Source: a metagenome
Sequence record: Ga0494219_00056
Strand: one strand, 5' to 3'
Length of the DNA stretch: 32,000 bases
Positions 1 through 30,202 of this stretch are shown piece by piece (position 1 is the first letter of the stretch; each line of letters begins with the position of its first letter). The translations under genes were made by a program, and so were the position numbers. The notes below the pieces were generated by a model. The model had not been told where the DNA came from. It was given only the letters and a program-made list of their open reading frames with translations, and ran no database searches.

Positions 1-494
1 CACTGCACCACCGTCACCGGACCCGTGCGCGACATTCGCACTCCCTCGCAATCAACCGCGACGACGCTCGACGCCTTGATCGTCTCCACGCATGCCGGCA
101 TTTTGATTTCATAATTCGTCGCGTCGATGATTTCGCACCGTTGATCCAGCGTGTTCACGATCTCGAGGCACATCGGATCCGACTTCGCGTTCGTCGGCGC
201 CGCCGGCTTTTTCCGTCGCTTCTTCTTCTTCTTCGCCGCGCCGCCGGACCCACCGGCTTCCGCGCGCTTACCGCCGCCCTCGAGCGCGCCGCGTTCGAGG
301 CCAGACGAATCATCGCCGTTCGCGCGCTTGAATCCGAGCACGACGCCGCCGTACGCGTCGTCGTCGTCGTCGAGCGTTTCGCCCTTCGCCGAGGCGGCGG
401 CTCGGCACGGCTTACAAAACCGCGTCGACTGCGCGGTCTGACGCTTGAACGTCGACGCGCACTTGGCGCACACGAGCCTGGGTTTGTTGCCCAT
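1..494 (-). CDS. 3'-5' exonuclease-domain protein, N-terminal part (gene continues past the left edge)
   Basis: This gene is missing from the ORF track because it runs off the window. A reverse-strand ATG at 492-494 opens a stop-free frame down to base 1. It reads MGNKPRLVCAKCASTFKRQTAQSTRFCKPCR (CxxC..CxxC, zinc-ribbon-like), then an acidic/poly-Lys linker, then ...IKASSVVAVDCEGVRMSRTGPVTVVQ. The last stretch fits the ExoI (D-x-E) motif of DnaQ/WRN-type 3'-5' exonuclease domains. Confidence 0.6.
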   Translation of the reverse strand, partial: MGNKPRLVCAKCASTFKRQTAQSTRFCKPCRAAASAKGETLDDDDDAYGGVVLGFKRANGDDSSGLERGALEGGGKRAEAGGSGGAAKKKKKRRKKPAAPTNAKSDPMCLEIVNTLDQRCEIIDATNYEIKMPACVETIKASSVVAVDCEGVRMSRTGPVTVVQ

Positions 495-747
495 CCGCGC
501 GACGCCGCGCGCGCGCGCGAGCGCGAGAACGCGCGCGGGCGGGCGCGCGCGCGAGAGCGCGGCGCGCGACCGGGACGCGACCGCGACCGCGACCGACGAC
601 GCGCGACCGCGCGCGGACGCAGAGGACGACGCGCGCGCTGAAACGCGCGCGGGGATGAGCATACACCGAAACGACGCGCGATCGGCGCGCGAGCGCCGGT
701 GCGCGCGACGGTGTGACGCCGCGACTCGCGCCGACGCGCGTTCGGCG

Positions 748-1569
748 TCAACCGACGCCGGCGCCGAGCGGCGCGCGACATCGCGTCGACGTCAAGTCGC
801 AACCGGGATACGCGCGGCGCGCGTCGGAGACACCCAAATCGCCGTAGCACGCGCATCGACTGCTCGCGCGCCCTTCGGCGTCCGTCGTGGTTTCGTTGCG
901 CGGGTATCGCGGTCCCGAGTCGTCCTCGCGGCAGCGCACGTCGACGAAGTCGCCGTCCGACGTGGAATCGCAATCCGGGAACATGCGCGCGCGCTGTTCG
1001 CGCGCCGCCGCACCCGCGTCGTACCGCTCCAACCGCGCTCGAATCTCGAGCGTCAACGCCGTCGCCGCCCCCGTCTCGGCGTCGTAAAACTCGCCGTTCG
1101 CCAAGACGCCCGCGGCGCGATACTTGTCGCGCATGAAATCCCTCCACCCTCGGATCGCCGCCAACTCCCCGTTCGTCAGCCCCGAGACGTCGCTCACGCA
1201 CCCACTCTCGCTGAAGTCTCCCGTCGCGAACGCGCGGCTCGCGTCGCGTCCCGCGAAGCACGTCGCGTAGTCGCCGTCGCCCGCGTAAAACCGTCGCCCC
1301 GCCGACACGTCGAAGCACTCGCCCAGCACCGCCAGCCACACGCGCGGCCGTCGTCGCAGCGCCGCGCGCGCGCGCGTCCACGTCGACGCGTCGCTTCGCC
1401 GCGCGCGATCGACCCTGCGCGCGAGCGCGTCGGGCGCGACCATCGCGACGCGCGCGTTCGCGCGCGCGTTCGCGTTCGCGTCGCGCCGACGCGCGACGAC
1501 CGCGACGACCGCGACGACGACGGCGAGCGCGACGCGCGCGAGTCGCGCGCGCGCGTCGTCTCGCGCCAT
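748..1569 (-). CDS. Cytochrome b5-like heme/steroid-binding (MAPR, neuferricin-like) membrane-anchored protein
   Basis: This is the frame of track ORF 748..1692, with the first ATG at 1567-1569. The N-terminus MARDDARARLARVALAVVVAVVAVVA looks like a signal anchor. The core VWLAVLGECFDVSAGRRFYAGDGDYATCFAGRDASRAFATGDFSESG...LTNGELAAIRGWRDFMRDKY matches the cytochrome b5-like/MAPR fold pattern. Confidence 0.7.
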   Translation of the reverse strand: MARDDARARLARVALAVVVAVVAVVARRRDANANARANARVAMVAPDALARRVDRARRSDASTWTRARAALRRRPRVWLAVLGECFDVSAGRRFYAGDGDYATCFAGRDASRAFATGDFSESGCVSDVSGLTNGELAAIRGWRDFMRDKYRAAGVLANGEFYDAETGAATALTLEIRARLERYDAGAAAREQRARMFPDCDSTSDGDFVDVRCREDDSGPRYPRNETTTDAEGRASSRCACYGDLGVSDARRAYPGCDLTSTRCRAPLGAGVG

Positions 1570-1596
1570 CGCGCGCGCCGTCGCGCTCGCCGGCGC

Positions 1597-1655
1597 CGTC
1601 TGGCGTCGCGCGTCTGGCGCCGCGCGTCCGACCGACCGCGTCCGACCGACCGCGT
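1597..1655. repeat. Two adjacent 14-bp-period direct repeats in a divergent promoter
   Basis: The sequence cgtctggcg occurs at 1597-1605 and 1611-1619. The sequence cgcgtccgaccgac occurs at 1623-1636 and 1637-1650, followed by a partial third copy. Confidence 0.75.
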
Positions 1656-1773
1656 GTATGCGTAAACAGTGAGACGTACGATACCACGGCATTCGGCATC
1701 GAATTCAAACGACCGCCCCGTTCGCCGCGGCGCGCGACACCGCGACGCGCGCGCGACGTCCGACGCGGTCGTC

Positions 1774-3363
<1,590 letters not shown>

Positions 3364-3368
3364 TGTAA
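3364..3368 (+). terminator. TGTAA poly(A)-signal-like motif after WEE1
   Basis: TGTAA begins right after the TGA stop (3361-3363). TGTAA is the usual chlorophyte poly(A) signal. Confidence 0.45.
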
Positions 3369-3696
3369 TCCATCGTCATCGCGATCGCGCGCGCGTCATC
3401 ATTCGCTTCGCCGCGCGCGCCTCGCGATCCCCGCGCCCCGGCGCCGCGTCATCCACAGCCCAACAGGGGGCCTCGTCGTCGACGTCGATCATCGGCATCG
3501 CGCGTCATCGTTCGATCGTTCGGCCGCGTCGCGCCGCACACGCCCTCGCGCGCACGTCGACGCGCCTTCGCGTCGTTCGTCGCGCGCACACGCGCCCTTT
3601 CGTCGCGCGTCGCGCCTTCGCGTCGTCGTCGTCGTCGCGAATCGTCGTCGACCGGGACACTTTTCGCCCACTCGACGCGTCACTCGAAGCGTCGCG

Positions 3697-4944
3697 ATGC
3701 GCGCGGCGCTGCGACGATGCGCGAAGCGCGCGACGCGCGCGGCGACGCGACCGCACGCGGCGCCGCGCGCGACGGCGGCGGCGCCGGCGCGCGCGTACGC
3801 GGACATCGCGAGCCTGAAGCGGACGCCGCTGTACGACTTGCACGCGAGGCGCGGCGGGAAGCTCGTCGACTTCGCGGGGTACGCGCTGCCGATACAGTAC
3901 GAAGATTCCATCATGGAGGCGACGCAGCACTGCCGGAGCGAAGCGTCGTTGTTCGACGTGAGTCACATGCTCGGGAGCAGCGTCAGGGGGAAGGACGCGA
4001 CGGCGTTTTTGGAGTCGCTCGTCGTGGCGGATTTGAAGGGGCTCAAGGACGGCACGGGGACGCTGAGCGTGATGACGAACGAAAAGGGTGGTATCATCGA
4101 CGATACCGTCATCACGAAGGTTAATTCTAATGATTTTTACGTCGTCTTGAACGCTGGTTGCGCGGAGAAGGATCAAGCGCACATCAACGCGGCGCTGGCG
4201 AAGGCCAAGGCGAAGGGGATGGACGTCGAATTCGTCGTGCACTCGGATCGCTCGCTGTTGGCGTTCCAAGGACCGAAGACCATGTCCGTGCTTCAACGCC
4301 TGACCGATTTCGACCTGAGCAAGCTGTATTTCGGGATGTTTACGTCGATGAAGATCAACGGCGCCGATTGCTGGGTCACGCGCACCGGTTACACGGGCGA
4401 GGACGGGTTCGAGATCTCCGTCCCGAACGCCGACGCGATGAAGCTCGCCGAGCGCTTGGAGTCTGAGAAGGAAGTGCGCATGGCTGCCCTCGGCCCGCGC
4501 GATTCTTTGCGCCTCGAAGCCGGACTGTGCCTGTACGGTAACGATTTGAACGAAGACATCACTCCGCCCGAGGCTGGTTTGGCGTGGACCATCGGCAAGG
4601 CTCGCCGCGAGCTCTGCGACTTCACCGGCGGCGAAATCATCAAAAAGCAGCTCGAAGACCCGAAGGCGATTCCCCAGCGTCGCGTCGGTTTGACCTTCAC
4701 CGGCAAGGGTGCCCCCGCGAGACAGCACTCTCTGATCCTCGACACGGACGGCAACCAAATCGGCGAAGTCACCTCCGGCGGCTTCTCTCCGGTGTTGCAA
4801 AAGAACATCGCCATGGGCTACGTCGCCAAAGCCTTCGCCAAAGCCGGCACCGAGCTCTTGGTCGAGACGCGCGGCAAGCGCACGCCCGCCGTGACGACCA
4901 AGATGCCTTTCGTCAACACGACGTACTACAAGCCCGCGGAATAG
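3697..4944 (+). CDS. GCST: Aminomethyltransferase (glycine cleavage system T protein), mitochondrial-type
   Basis: ATG at 3697 and a 415-aa ORF. An Arg/Ala-rich presequence is followed by RTPLYDLHARRGGKLVDFAGYALPIQYEDSIMEATQHCRSEASLFDVSHM...GYTGEDGFEISVP...LGPRDSLRLEAGLCLYGNDL. This is collinear with GcvT/AMT over the full length. Confidence 0.92.
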   Translation: MRAALRRCAKRATRAATRPHAAPRATAAAPARAYADIASLKRTPLYDLHARRGGKLVDFAGYALPIQYEDSIMEATQHCRSEASLFDVSHMLGSSVRGKDATAFLESLVVADLKGLKDGTGTLSVMTNEKGGIIDDTVITKVNSNDFYVVLNAGCAEKDQAHINAALAKAKAKGMDVEFVVHSDRSLLAFQGPKTMSVLQRLTDFDLSKLYFGMFTSMKINGADCWVTRTGYTGEDGFEISVPNADAMKLAERLESEKEVRMAALGPRDSLRLEAGLCLYGNDLNEDITPPEAGLAWTIGKARRELCDFTGGEIIKKQLEDPKAIPQRRVGLTFTGKGAPARQHSLILDTDGNQIGEVTSGGFSPVLQKNIAMGYVAKAFAKAGTELLVETRGKRTPAVTTKMPFVNTTYYKPAE

Positions 4945-4983
4945 ATCGCGTTCGCGCGCTCCTTCCGTTCGCTCGCTCTTCGA

Positions 4984-4988
4984 TGTAA
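4984..4988 (+). terminator. TGTAA poly(A)-signal-like motif after GCST
   Basis: The motif lies 40 nt downstream of the TAG stop at 4942-4944. Confidence 0.45.
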
Positions 4989-5035
4989 CGACGTCCGTTC
5001 GCCGCGACCGCCGACCCAGCCGCCCGCGATCGTCG

Positions 5036-5045
5036 TTTTCGCGCC
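5036..5045. promoter_or_regulatory. TTTTCGCGCC (E2F-consensus-like TTTSSCGC) 65 nt upstream of the RecA ATG
   Basis: The motif was read directly. It sits in a locally T-rich stretch, cgTTTTCGCGCCTTTTTcg. Confidence 0.3.
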
Positions 5046-5109
5046 TTTTTCGTTGTTTGATTTGAATCAATCATCGCTCGATCGCGCCATCACGCGACGC
5101 CTTGAGTGC

Positions 5110-6438
<1,329 letters not shown>

Positions 6439-6491
6439 TCAGTGTAGTGTCGCGCGACTCGTCGTTTACTCCCACGCAGCACATCTTCTTT

Positions 6492-6496
6492 TGTAA
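6492..6496 (+). terminator. TGTAA poly(A)-signal-like motif after RecA
   Basis: The motif lies 54 nt downstream of the TAA at 6436-6438, in an AT-richer convergent spacer. Confidence 0.45.
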
Positions 6497-6540
6497 CACA
6501 CATTATTACCGTTTCATCGCGCGGCGTCTACTACAGCTAA

Positions 6541-7736
6541 TCAGTGTCGCACGAATCTATCGTTATCCGCACCCTCGTCGAAGACGTTGTCACCGAGCAT
6601 GACGCGAGAATCGAGCGCCTTATCCGCTCGGCGTTTCCTTCTCGCCTCGAATTCGCTCCACCCGTCGCGTTCGCGCAACGCCTCTACGAGAATCGGGTTC
6701 TCGCGTAAGTTCAACTCGACGAGCGCTTTCGCGTGCTTCAACAGCTCCACGGGAATGCCTTCGAGTTCAATGCGGTTGCCCACGAGATTCAGCGAGCGCA
6801 AACACGCGAGCGCGCCGTACGAGGCTGGAATCGACACGACGGCGTTGCGACTTGCGTCGACGACTTCGAGCAGTCCGTTCGTCTCGAACGCGGGTAAACG
6901 CTCGAGTCTGTTGGCGACGAGCGACACGTGCTTGAGCCTGGGAAGTCCCCGGAAGAAATCATCGCAAACTTCTCCCGCGATGTCGCACCGAGCGAGCGAG
7001 AGCGTCTCGAGCGACGCGCACGTCGGCGTCGCGGTCGCGACGTCGTTCCCCAACGCCGCGTTTCCGCTCAAATCCAAATGCGTCAAGCGCGTCAAAGAGG
7101 CGATGGCGGACCACGGCATCGATCTCAACGCGTTATCTCGCAAAACGATGCGCGCGACGTTGCTCAACTCGCTGATCCGAGGCGAAACCGTTTCGAGGCG
7201 ATTCGCGCCGTAATCGAGCACGCGCACTTTGCCTCCTAAATCGAACGCGCGAGACGCCACCTCCCTCCGCGCGCATCCGCGCATGCCGACGATCCCCGTC
7301 GCCGCCCACGCGGCGAAACGTTCGTTCGTCTCGTCGGACGCACCGTCGCGCGAGCGCGCCGCGTCCGCGTCCGCGTCCGCGTCCGCCTTCGCCTTCGCGT
7401 CGGCTTCCTTCTTCAACCGCGTCGCCCGCAACGCCTCCGCGCCTCGAGACGTCCCTCCCGCCCCCGCGCCCTCCGCGCCGCTCGCCACCACCATAATTTT
7501 CAAAACCTTCCCCGTCCTTTCGTGTTTCGCGAGCACTCGACCGCGCAAATCAAACCCTCGATCGTCGCCTCGAATCCTCGCGCCGCCGCTCGCGAGCAGC
7601 GTCAACCGCCCCGCGGCGACCCCTCGCAGGCCCTCGAACGCGCCTCGCGCGCGCTCCACCAGCGCGCCCACGTCGCCGTCGCTCGGAAACGTCCCCCCGC
7701 ACCGCTCGACGCCGTATCTCAGCTCGATCGCGACGC

Positions 7737-7740
<4 letters not shown>
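6541..7740 (-). CDS. Leucine-rich-repeat protein with a possible N-terminal ubiquitin-like domain
   Basis: Track ORF 6541..7863 starts on GTG, and the first ATG is at 7738-7740 (MSVAIELRYG...). About 8 LRRs follow (LxxLxLxxNxL), for example LTHLDLSGNA, LETLSLARCDI, LKHVSLVANRLERLP, LEVVDASRNAVVSIP, LRSLNLVGNRIE and LVELNLRENPI. The first ~90 aa (…GRLTLLASGGARIRGD…KVLKIMVVAS) resemble a beta-grasp/Ubl fold, which I call only tentatively. Confidence 0.7.
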
Positions 7741-8913
<1,173 letters not shown>

Positions 8914-9176
8914 ACATCGGAGTAAATTAAAATAAACCTCCATCCGAGACCGCGACGTCTTTCATCCATCGCGGCGCGCGGTCGGTCCGTCGGTCGCGCG
9001 CGCGCGCGGCGTGGCGCTCGCGATCACCACACCGCGATCGATGCGATTCATAGCCACATGATGCGACGCAAAAAACGCCAAAAACGCAAACGCGCGCGCG
9101 ACATTCGGACACATGGCGTATACGTGATCAGTGACGACGCAAAAAACGTATCGCCGCAGCTCGGCCGCGACGTCGC

Positions 9177-20894
<11,718 letters not shown>

Positions 20895-21026
20895 GGGCGG
20901 CGAACTCTCGCACAGCTCAGTGGAACTCGGAACGCATAACGCGGTTTTTTATAGCGTGTGTGTTCGTGCAAACGAGCCCCGGCTGCATGGTGTCTGTTAG
21001 AGACCCACATCAGATAGAAAGCGAAT

Positions 21027-21031
21027 TGTAA
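21027..21031 (+). terminator. TGTAA poly(A)-signal-like motif after PAT1
   Basis: The motif lies in the AT-richer 217-bp convergent spacer, 133 nt after the PAT1 stop. Confidence 0.35.
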
Positions 21032-21068
21032 GAGAAATTCGATGCGTAAAAACAACTGAGTGGTGATG

Positions 21069-21073
21069 TTACA
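21069..21073 (-). terminator. TGTAA poly(A)-signal-like motif after PDK
   Basis: The plus strand reads TTACA, which is TGTAA on the minus strand. It lies 39 nt downstream of the PDK stop (21112-21114). Confidence 0.4.
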
Positions 21074-21111
21074 ATTCAATATTCGCGCGAAACGCGCTGC
21101 CGCCGCCCTAA

Positions 21112-22539
<1,428 letters not shown>

Positions 22540-22824
22540 CGCTCAAAAACGCGTTCGACAGGTTAACGAGCCAATTACGTCGCGTTTACGAGGCGCGCGC
22601 GCGCGCGAGGGCGTGCGAACGGTCCGCGCCGGATCCAACGCGTCCTCGCGAGCGTGTTGGATCGTCCGTGCGCTTCGGCGGACGTCGGCGTCGCCGTGCG
22701 CGCTCGTCTGAGGGGGTGCCCGAGGCGCGCGGTCTGTTTGTTGCCTTGGGCTTCGTTCGGGCTTCGGGACTCGCTCAGACGGGACGGCTTTGAAATCGCT
22801 CGAACGAGCGTGGAAGAGTTCGAT

Positions 22825-22829
22825 TTACA
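22825..22829 (-). terminator. TGTAA poly(A)-signal-like motif after the RecD2-like gene
   Basis: The plus strand reads TTACA. It lies 14 nt downstream of the stop at 22843-22845. Confidence 0.4.
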
Positions 22830-22842
22830 AACGCTTGAATAG

Positions 22843-25868
<3,026 letters not shown>

Positions 25869-25907
25869 TCTGTCGTCGTCGCGCGCCCATCGCGCGCTGA
25901 CAATCCG

Positions 25908-25920
25908 TTTTGGCGGGAAC
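25908..25920. promoter_or_regulatory. TTTTGGCGGGAAC (E2F-like) in the shared RecD2/HU divergent promoter
   Basis: The motif was read directly. It lies about 40 nt from the RecD2-like ATG and about 100 nt from the proposed HU ATG. Confidence 0.3.
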
Positions 25921-25955
25921 GGCGATCGGAGTCCCTCGCGCTCGGTTCACGAACC

Positions 25956-26504
<549 letters not shown>

Positions 26505-26589
26505 ATGGAATAAGTTTGTACACGACCGCCGTCGAGCGCGTTTGTTTGTTTTAATGAAGAGAGCAGAAATGTTGCGTACTGCGTGCGCG

Positions 26590-27426
<837 letters not shown>

Positions 27427-27570
27427 GGTTTGACGCCGGCCGCCTAACCGTCTCGGGACGCGCGGGACGCGCGGACGAAGGACGGACGACTGGTTCTATC
27501 GTCTCACTACAACAACACCGGCTCGCGACGCGCGCTCGAATCGACTCCGTGACGACGGAAACGCCGACCC

Positions 27571-28317
27571 TCACAGCTCGTCCACGGACTTGCCGTCGAG
27601 GAATTCGACGACGCGCGGCACGACGTCGCGCAGCGCGTCCGCCGCCGACGATAAATTTCGCAAAAACTCCTCCTCCGTCGCCTGCGGCCCGTCCACGATG
27701 TCCGTGATCGTCTTCACCGCGATCACGGGCACGTTAAATAGGTGCGCGACGTGCGCGATCGCCGCCGCCTCCATCTCCTTCACGCTGCACTCGAACTCGT
27801 CCAGCAGCGCTCGGCACGTCTCCGTGGCGTCCAGAGAGTTCCCCGTGCACACCACCCCGGTCTTGCATCCCAGCGCCTCGATCAACCGCGGCGTCGGCCA
27901 CGCATCGTACTCACCGACGCCGTATTTATCGTATCCAGGGATCGGTATTCGTCGATCGTGATTCTTAAACTTCGTCGCCACGTAGACGTCGCCGACCTCG
28001 CCGCCGCGCTTCGCGAACCCTCCCGCCGTGCCCGCGTTCACGATCACGTCCGGTCGCAGCGTCGCGCACGTCTCGTACGTCGACAGCGCCGCGCCGACCG
28101 TGCCGACGTTGCACACGTTGTGCCTCGCGCACGACCCCGCGCAGACGACGTCGACGCGCGCGCCCGACTTCAGCGTTCCCGAGTACACGCGCATGGGGAC
28201 GTCGCCGCCGACGCGCGCGAACGCGTCGGCGTCGAGCGTCAGCCCGAGGGCGTCGATCAGCGGTCGCGCCTCGGCGTCCATGGCGAACAGCACGGCGACG
28301 CGCGCGATCGGCGCCAT
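27571..28317 (-). CDS. MTN: 5'-methylthioadenosine / S-adenosylhomocysteine nucleosidase (PNP_UDP_1 family)
   Basis: ATG at 28315-28317. The protein shows IARVAVLFAMDAEARPLIDALGL, VGTVGAALSTYE, VIVNAGTAGGF, VCTGNSLD and VKEMEAAAIAHVAHLFNVPVIAVKTITDIVDG. These are typical of plant and bacterial MTA nucleosidases. Confidence 0.85.
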   Translation of the reverse strand: MAPIARVAVLFAMDAEARPLIDALGLTLDADAFARVGGDVPMRVYSGTLKSGARVDVVCAGSCARHNVCNVGTVGAALSTYETCATLRPDVIVNAGTAGGFAKRGGEVGDVYVATKFKNHDRRIPIPGYDKYGVGEYDAWPTPRLIEALGCKTGVVCTGNSLDATETCRALLDEFECSVKEMEAAAIAHVAHLFNVPVIAVKTITDIVDGPQATEEEFLRNLSSAADALRDVVPRVVEFLDGKSVDEL

Positions 28318-28418
28318 GGCGTCGTCGTCGAGCGCGGAAGACGACGAGTGCGGACGCGCGACGCGACGCGACGGCGCACCGCGACGCGCGCGCGCGACGG
28401 CGACGCGCGGCGATGGGC

Positions 28419-28459
28419 GCGACGACGCGATAGCGCGACGCGACGACGCGATAGCGCGA
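28419..28459. repeat. 21-bp tandem direct repeat x2 immediately upstream of the Sfi1-like ATG
   Basis: The sequence gcgacgacgcgatagcgcga occurs at 28419-28438 and again at 28440-28459. The second copy ends 2 nt before ATG 28461. Confidence 0.8.
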
Positions 28460-28460
28460 G

Positions 28461-30119
28461 ATGGCGGCGCGCGCGCGCGCGAGCGACGCGAACGCGGACG
28501 CGAACGGCGAGGCCGTTTGGCTCGAGCGCGTCGTCGCGCGCGGCGTGCGACGCGCGCGCGACGCGAGCGGACGCGCGCGCGAGCCGAGACTGCGGGACGT
28601 GTGCGCGGCGGTGGACGAGGAGGTCAGGCGGGCGCGAGGGGCGGACGCGGCGGCGCGAGGGCGCGCGAGGGCGATGGCGTTCGCGCTCGGGCTGGACGTC
28701 GAGACGACGTGGGAGGAAAAGGCGGCGGCGTTGGAGCGCGGCGCGGCGCGGGGGGAGGCGAGGGGGGCGGGCGAATCGGCGACGACGCGCGAGATGAGCT
28801 CGATCGAGGCGCTGGTGGCGGTGGACGACGAGGCGTATTTGGAGACGACGGTGGGCGACGGCGCGCGAGTCGCGACGCCGACGGGAGCGGATTCGGAAGG
28901 CGCCACGCTCGACGACGACGAGAGCGAGCTCATCGCTCGAGCGTTGTGCGAAATGAACGCCATTAAGCGCGCGTTCGCGGCGTGGAGACGCGAGGCGGTG
29001 AAGGAAAAGTATCGGCGAGCGAGAGAACGCGAAATCGAGTCGTTGTGCGCTTTCTCCACCGGCCGCCGCGCGCGCAAGATGGCTCTGGCGGCGATTGGCG
29101 CGTGGCGCACGAATGCGCGCAAACGTGTGCGATTGCGCGCGTTCGCGGCGAAGCGCGCTCGACGCGAGCTCGCGACCACGGGCCGAGCGGTCGCTCGCGC
29201 GTGGGCGCGAATCGCGCGAGACGACGCGGCGAGACGACTCGAAGCCTTCAGGCAGACTCAAACGCGACGAAACCGTCGAGCGATGCTCGCGGCGTTTAAC
29301 GCGTGGCGTTCGCGCGCGAGAGCGCGCGTTGCGCGCGAGAGCGCGGACGTGTGGCGACGAATCAAACTCGAGTCGACGGCGCTGGATACTTGGTCTGCGG
29401 TCGCGCGGGCGTGGAAATCTGAGCGACGCGCGATCGATGCCGCACGTCTCGCTCGCCAGCGCTACGTCAAACGGTCGGTCACGCGTGTGTGGCGTGTAAG
29501 AGTCATTCACGCCGAACGTCGCGCCGAACGTGCCGTCGTCGCGGTAAAATTTTCGCGTTGGCGTCGACGAGTGCGAGACGAGAGACGAGAGCGCGAGCGC
29601 ATGCGATTCGCTTCAAGCTACGACGACGCGCGTGTCACGGTCGGCGCCTTTGCGCGGTGGTGTGCGGTCGTCTGGGCCGCGAAAGAGCACCGAGCCGAGC
29701 TGGCGCGTGCGGCAAAATTTCATCGCCTGTCGCTCGCGGCGAGCGCGTTTTACGCCTGGCGAGCGGCGACGAGTCAAGCGAAACGAGAGAACAGGTCACT
29801 AAAAACACGCGTATTCGCGCATTGGAGATCAATGAAGGAACACGCGTCACAACTGAACGCGCGCGCGACGTTTTACCGCGATTCACAAGCGATCACGTTC
29901 AGCGACAAGTATCTGGACGCGAATTGCTTTGCGATGTGGCGCTCCTTCGTCTTCGCGCAGCGACGACGATACGCCGCAATGGAACTCGCAGATACGTGGC
30001 GCGTGAAACGCGCATTCGCGCCGTGGCGCGCTCGCATCGGCGCGGCGCATTTCAGCGACGACGTCGAAAACACCGCGCCCCCCGTCGCCGTCGGCGAAAT
30101 CGAGTGGCAACGTTTTTAA
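28461..30119 (+). CDS. Sfi1-like centrin-binding repeat protein (tentative)
   Basis: ATG at 28461. From about residue 170 onward there are at least 12 repeats ending in [FLIA]xxW[RKS]: AFAAWRR, AIGAWRT, VARAWAR, AFNAWRS, VARAWKS, VTRVWRV, KFSRWRR, AFARWCA, AFYAWRA, VFAHWRS, CFAMWRS and AFAPWRA. Where I counted, the Trp-to-Trp spacing was 33-40 residues. This matches the Sfi1 repeat consensus (…F/LxxW[K/R]). Confidence 0.6.
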   Translation: MAARARASDANADANGEAVWLERVVARGVRRARDASGRAREPRLRDVCAAVDEEVRRARGADAAARGRARAMAFALGLDVETTWEEKAAALERGAARGEARGAGESATTREMSSIEALVAVDDEAYLETTVGDGARVATPTGADSEGATLDDDESELIARALCEMNAIKRAFAAWRREAVKEKYRRAREREIESLCAFSTGRRARKMALAAIGAWRTNARKRVRLRAFAAKRARRELATTGRAVARAWARIARDDAARRLEAFRQTQTRRNRRAMLAAFNAWRSRARARVARESADVWRRIKLESTALDTWSAVARAWKSERRAIDAARLARQRYVKRSVTRVWRVRVIHAERRAERAVVAVKFSRWRRRVRDERRERERMRFASSYDDARVTVGAFARWCAVVWAAKEHRAELARAAKFHRLSLAASAFYAWRAATSQAKRENRSLKTRVFAHWRSMKEHASQLNARATFYRDSQAITFSDKYLDANCFAMWRSFVFAQRRRYAAMELADTWRVKRAFAPWRARIGAAHFSDDVENTAPPVAVGEIEWQRF

Positions 30120-30139
30120 CCTTCTCGCTCTCGCAGCCT

Positions 30140-30189
<50 letters not shown>

Positions 30190-30194
30190 TTACA
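30190..30194 (-). terminator. TGTAA poly(A)-signal-like motif after the Ycf33-like gene
   Basis: The plus strand reads TTACA. It lies 9 nt downstream of the stop at 30203-30205. Confidence 0.4.
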
Positions 30195-30202
30195 ACCCAA
30201 CC

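Noticed and set aside
155-1708. A 517-aa ORF and its neighbours (141..641, 445..1665, 1194..1841) at the left end.
   Set aside because: They are almost pure Arg/Ala/Gly/Pro strings, typical of stop-poor off-frames in GC-rich DNA. They overlap the recognisable exonuclease-domain and cytochrome-b5-like genes.
22631-22663. An 11-bp inverted repeat GATCCAACGCG / CGTGTTGGATC with a 10-nt loop, upstream of PDK.
   Set aside because: This is a single imperfect hairpin with one mismatch, which becomes a C-A mismatch in the sense of the PDK transcript. Nothing distinguishes it from chance palindromes in CG-rich DNA.
27965-29510. Minus-strand ORFs 27965..29179 and 28257..29510, and plus-strand ORFs 27742..28797 and 28028..28966.
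   Set aside because: These are shadow frames across MTN and the Sfi1-like gene. MTN motifs and the Trp periodicity of the Sfi1-like frame identify the real coding frames.
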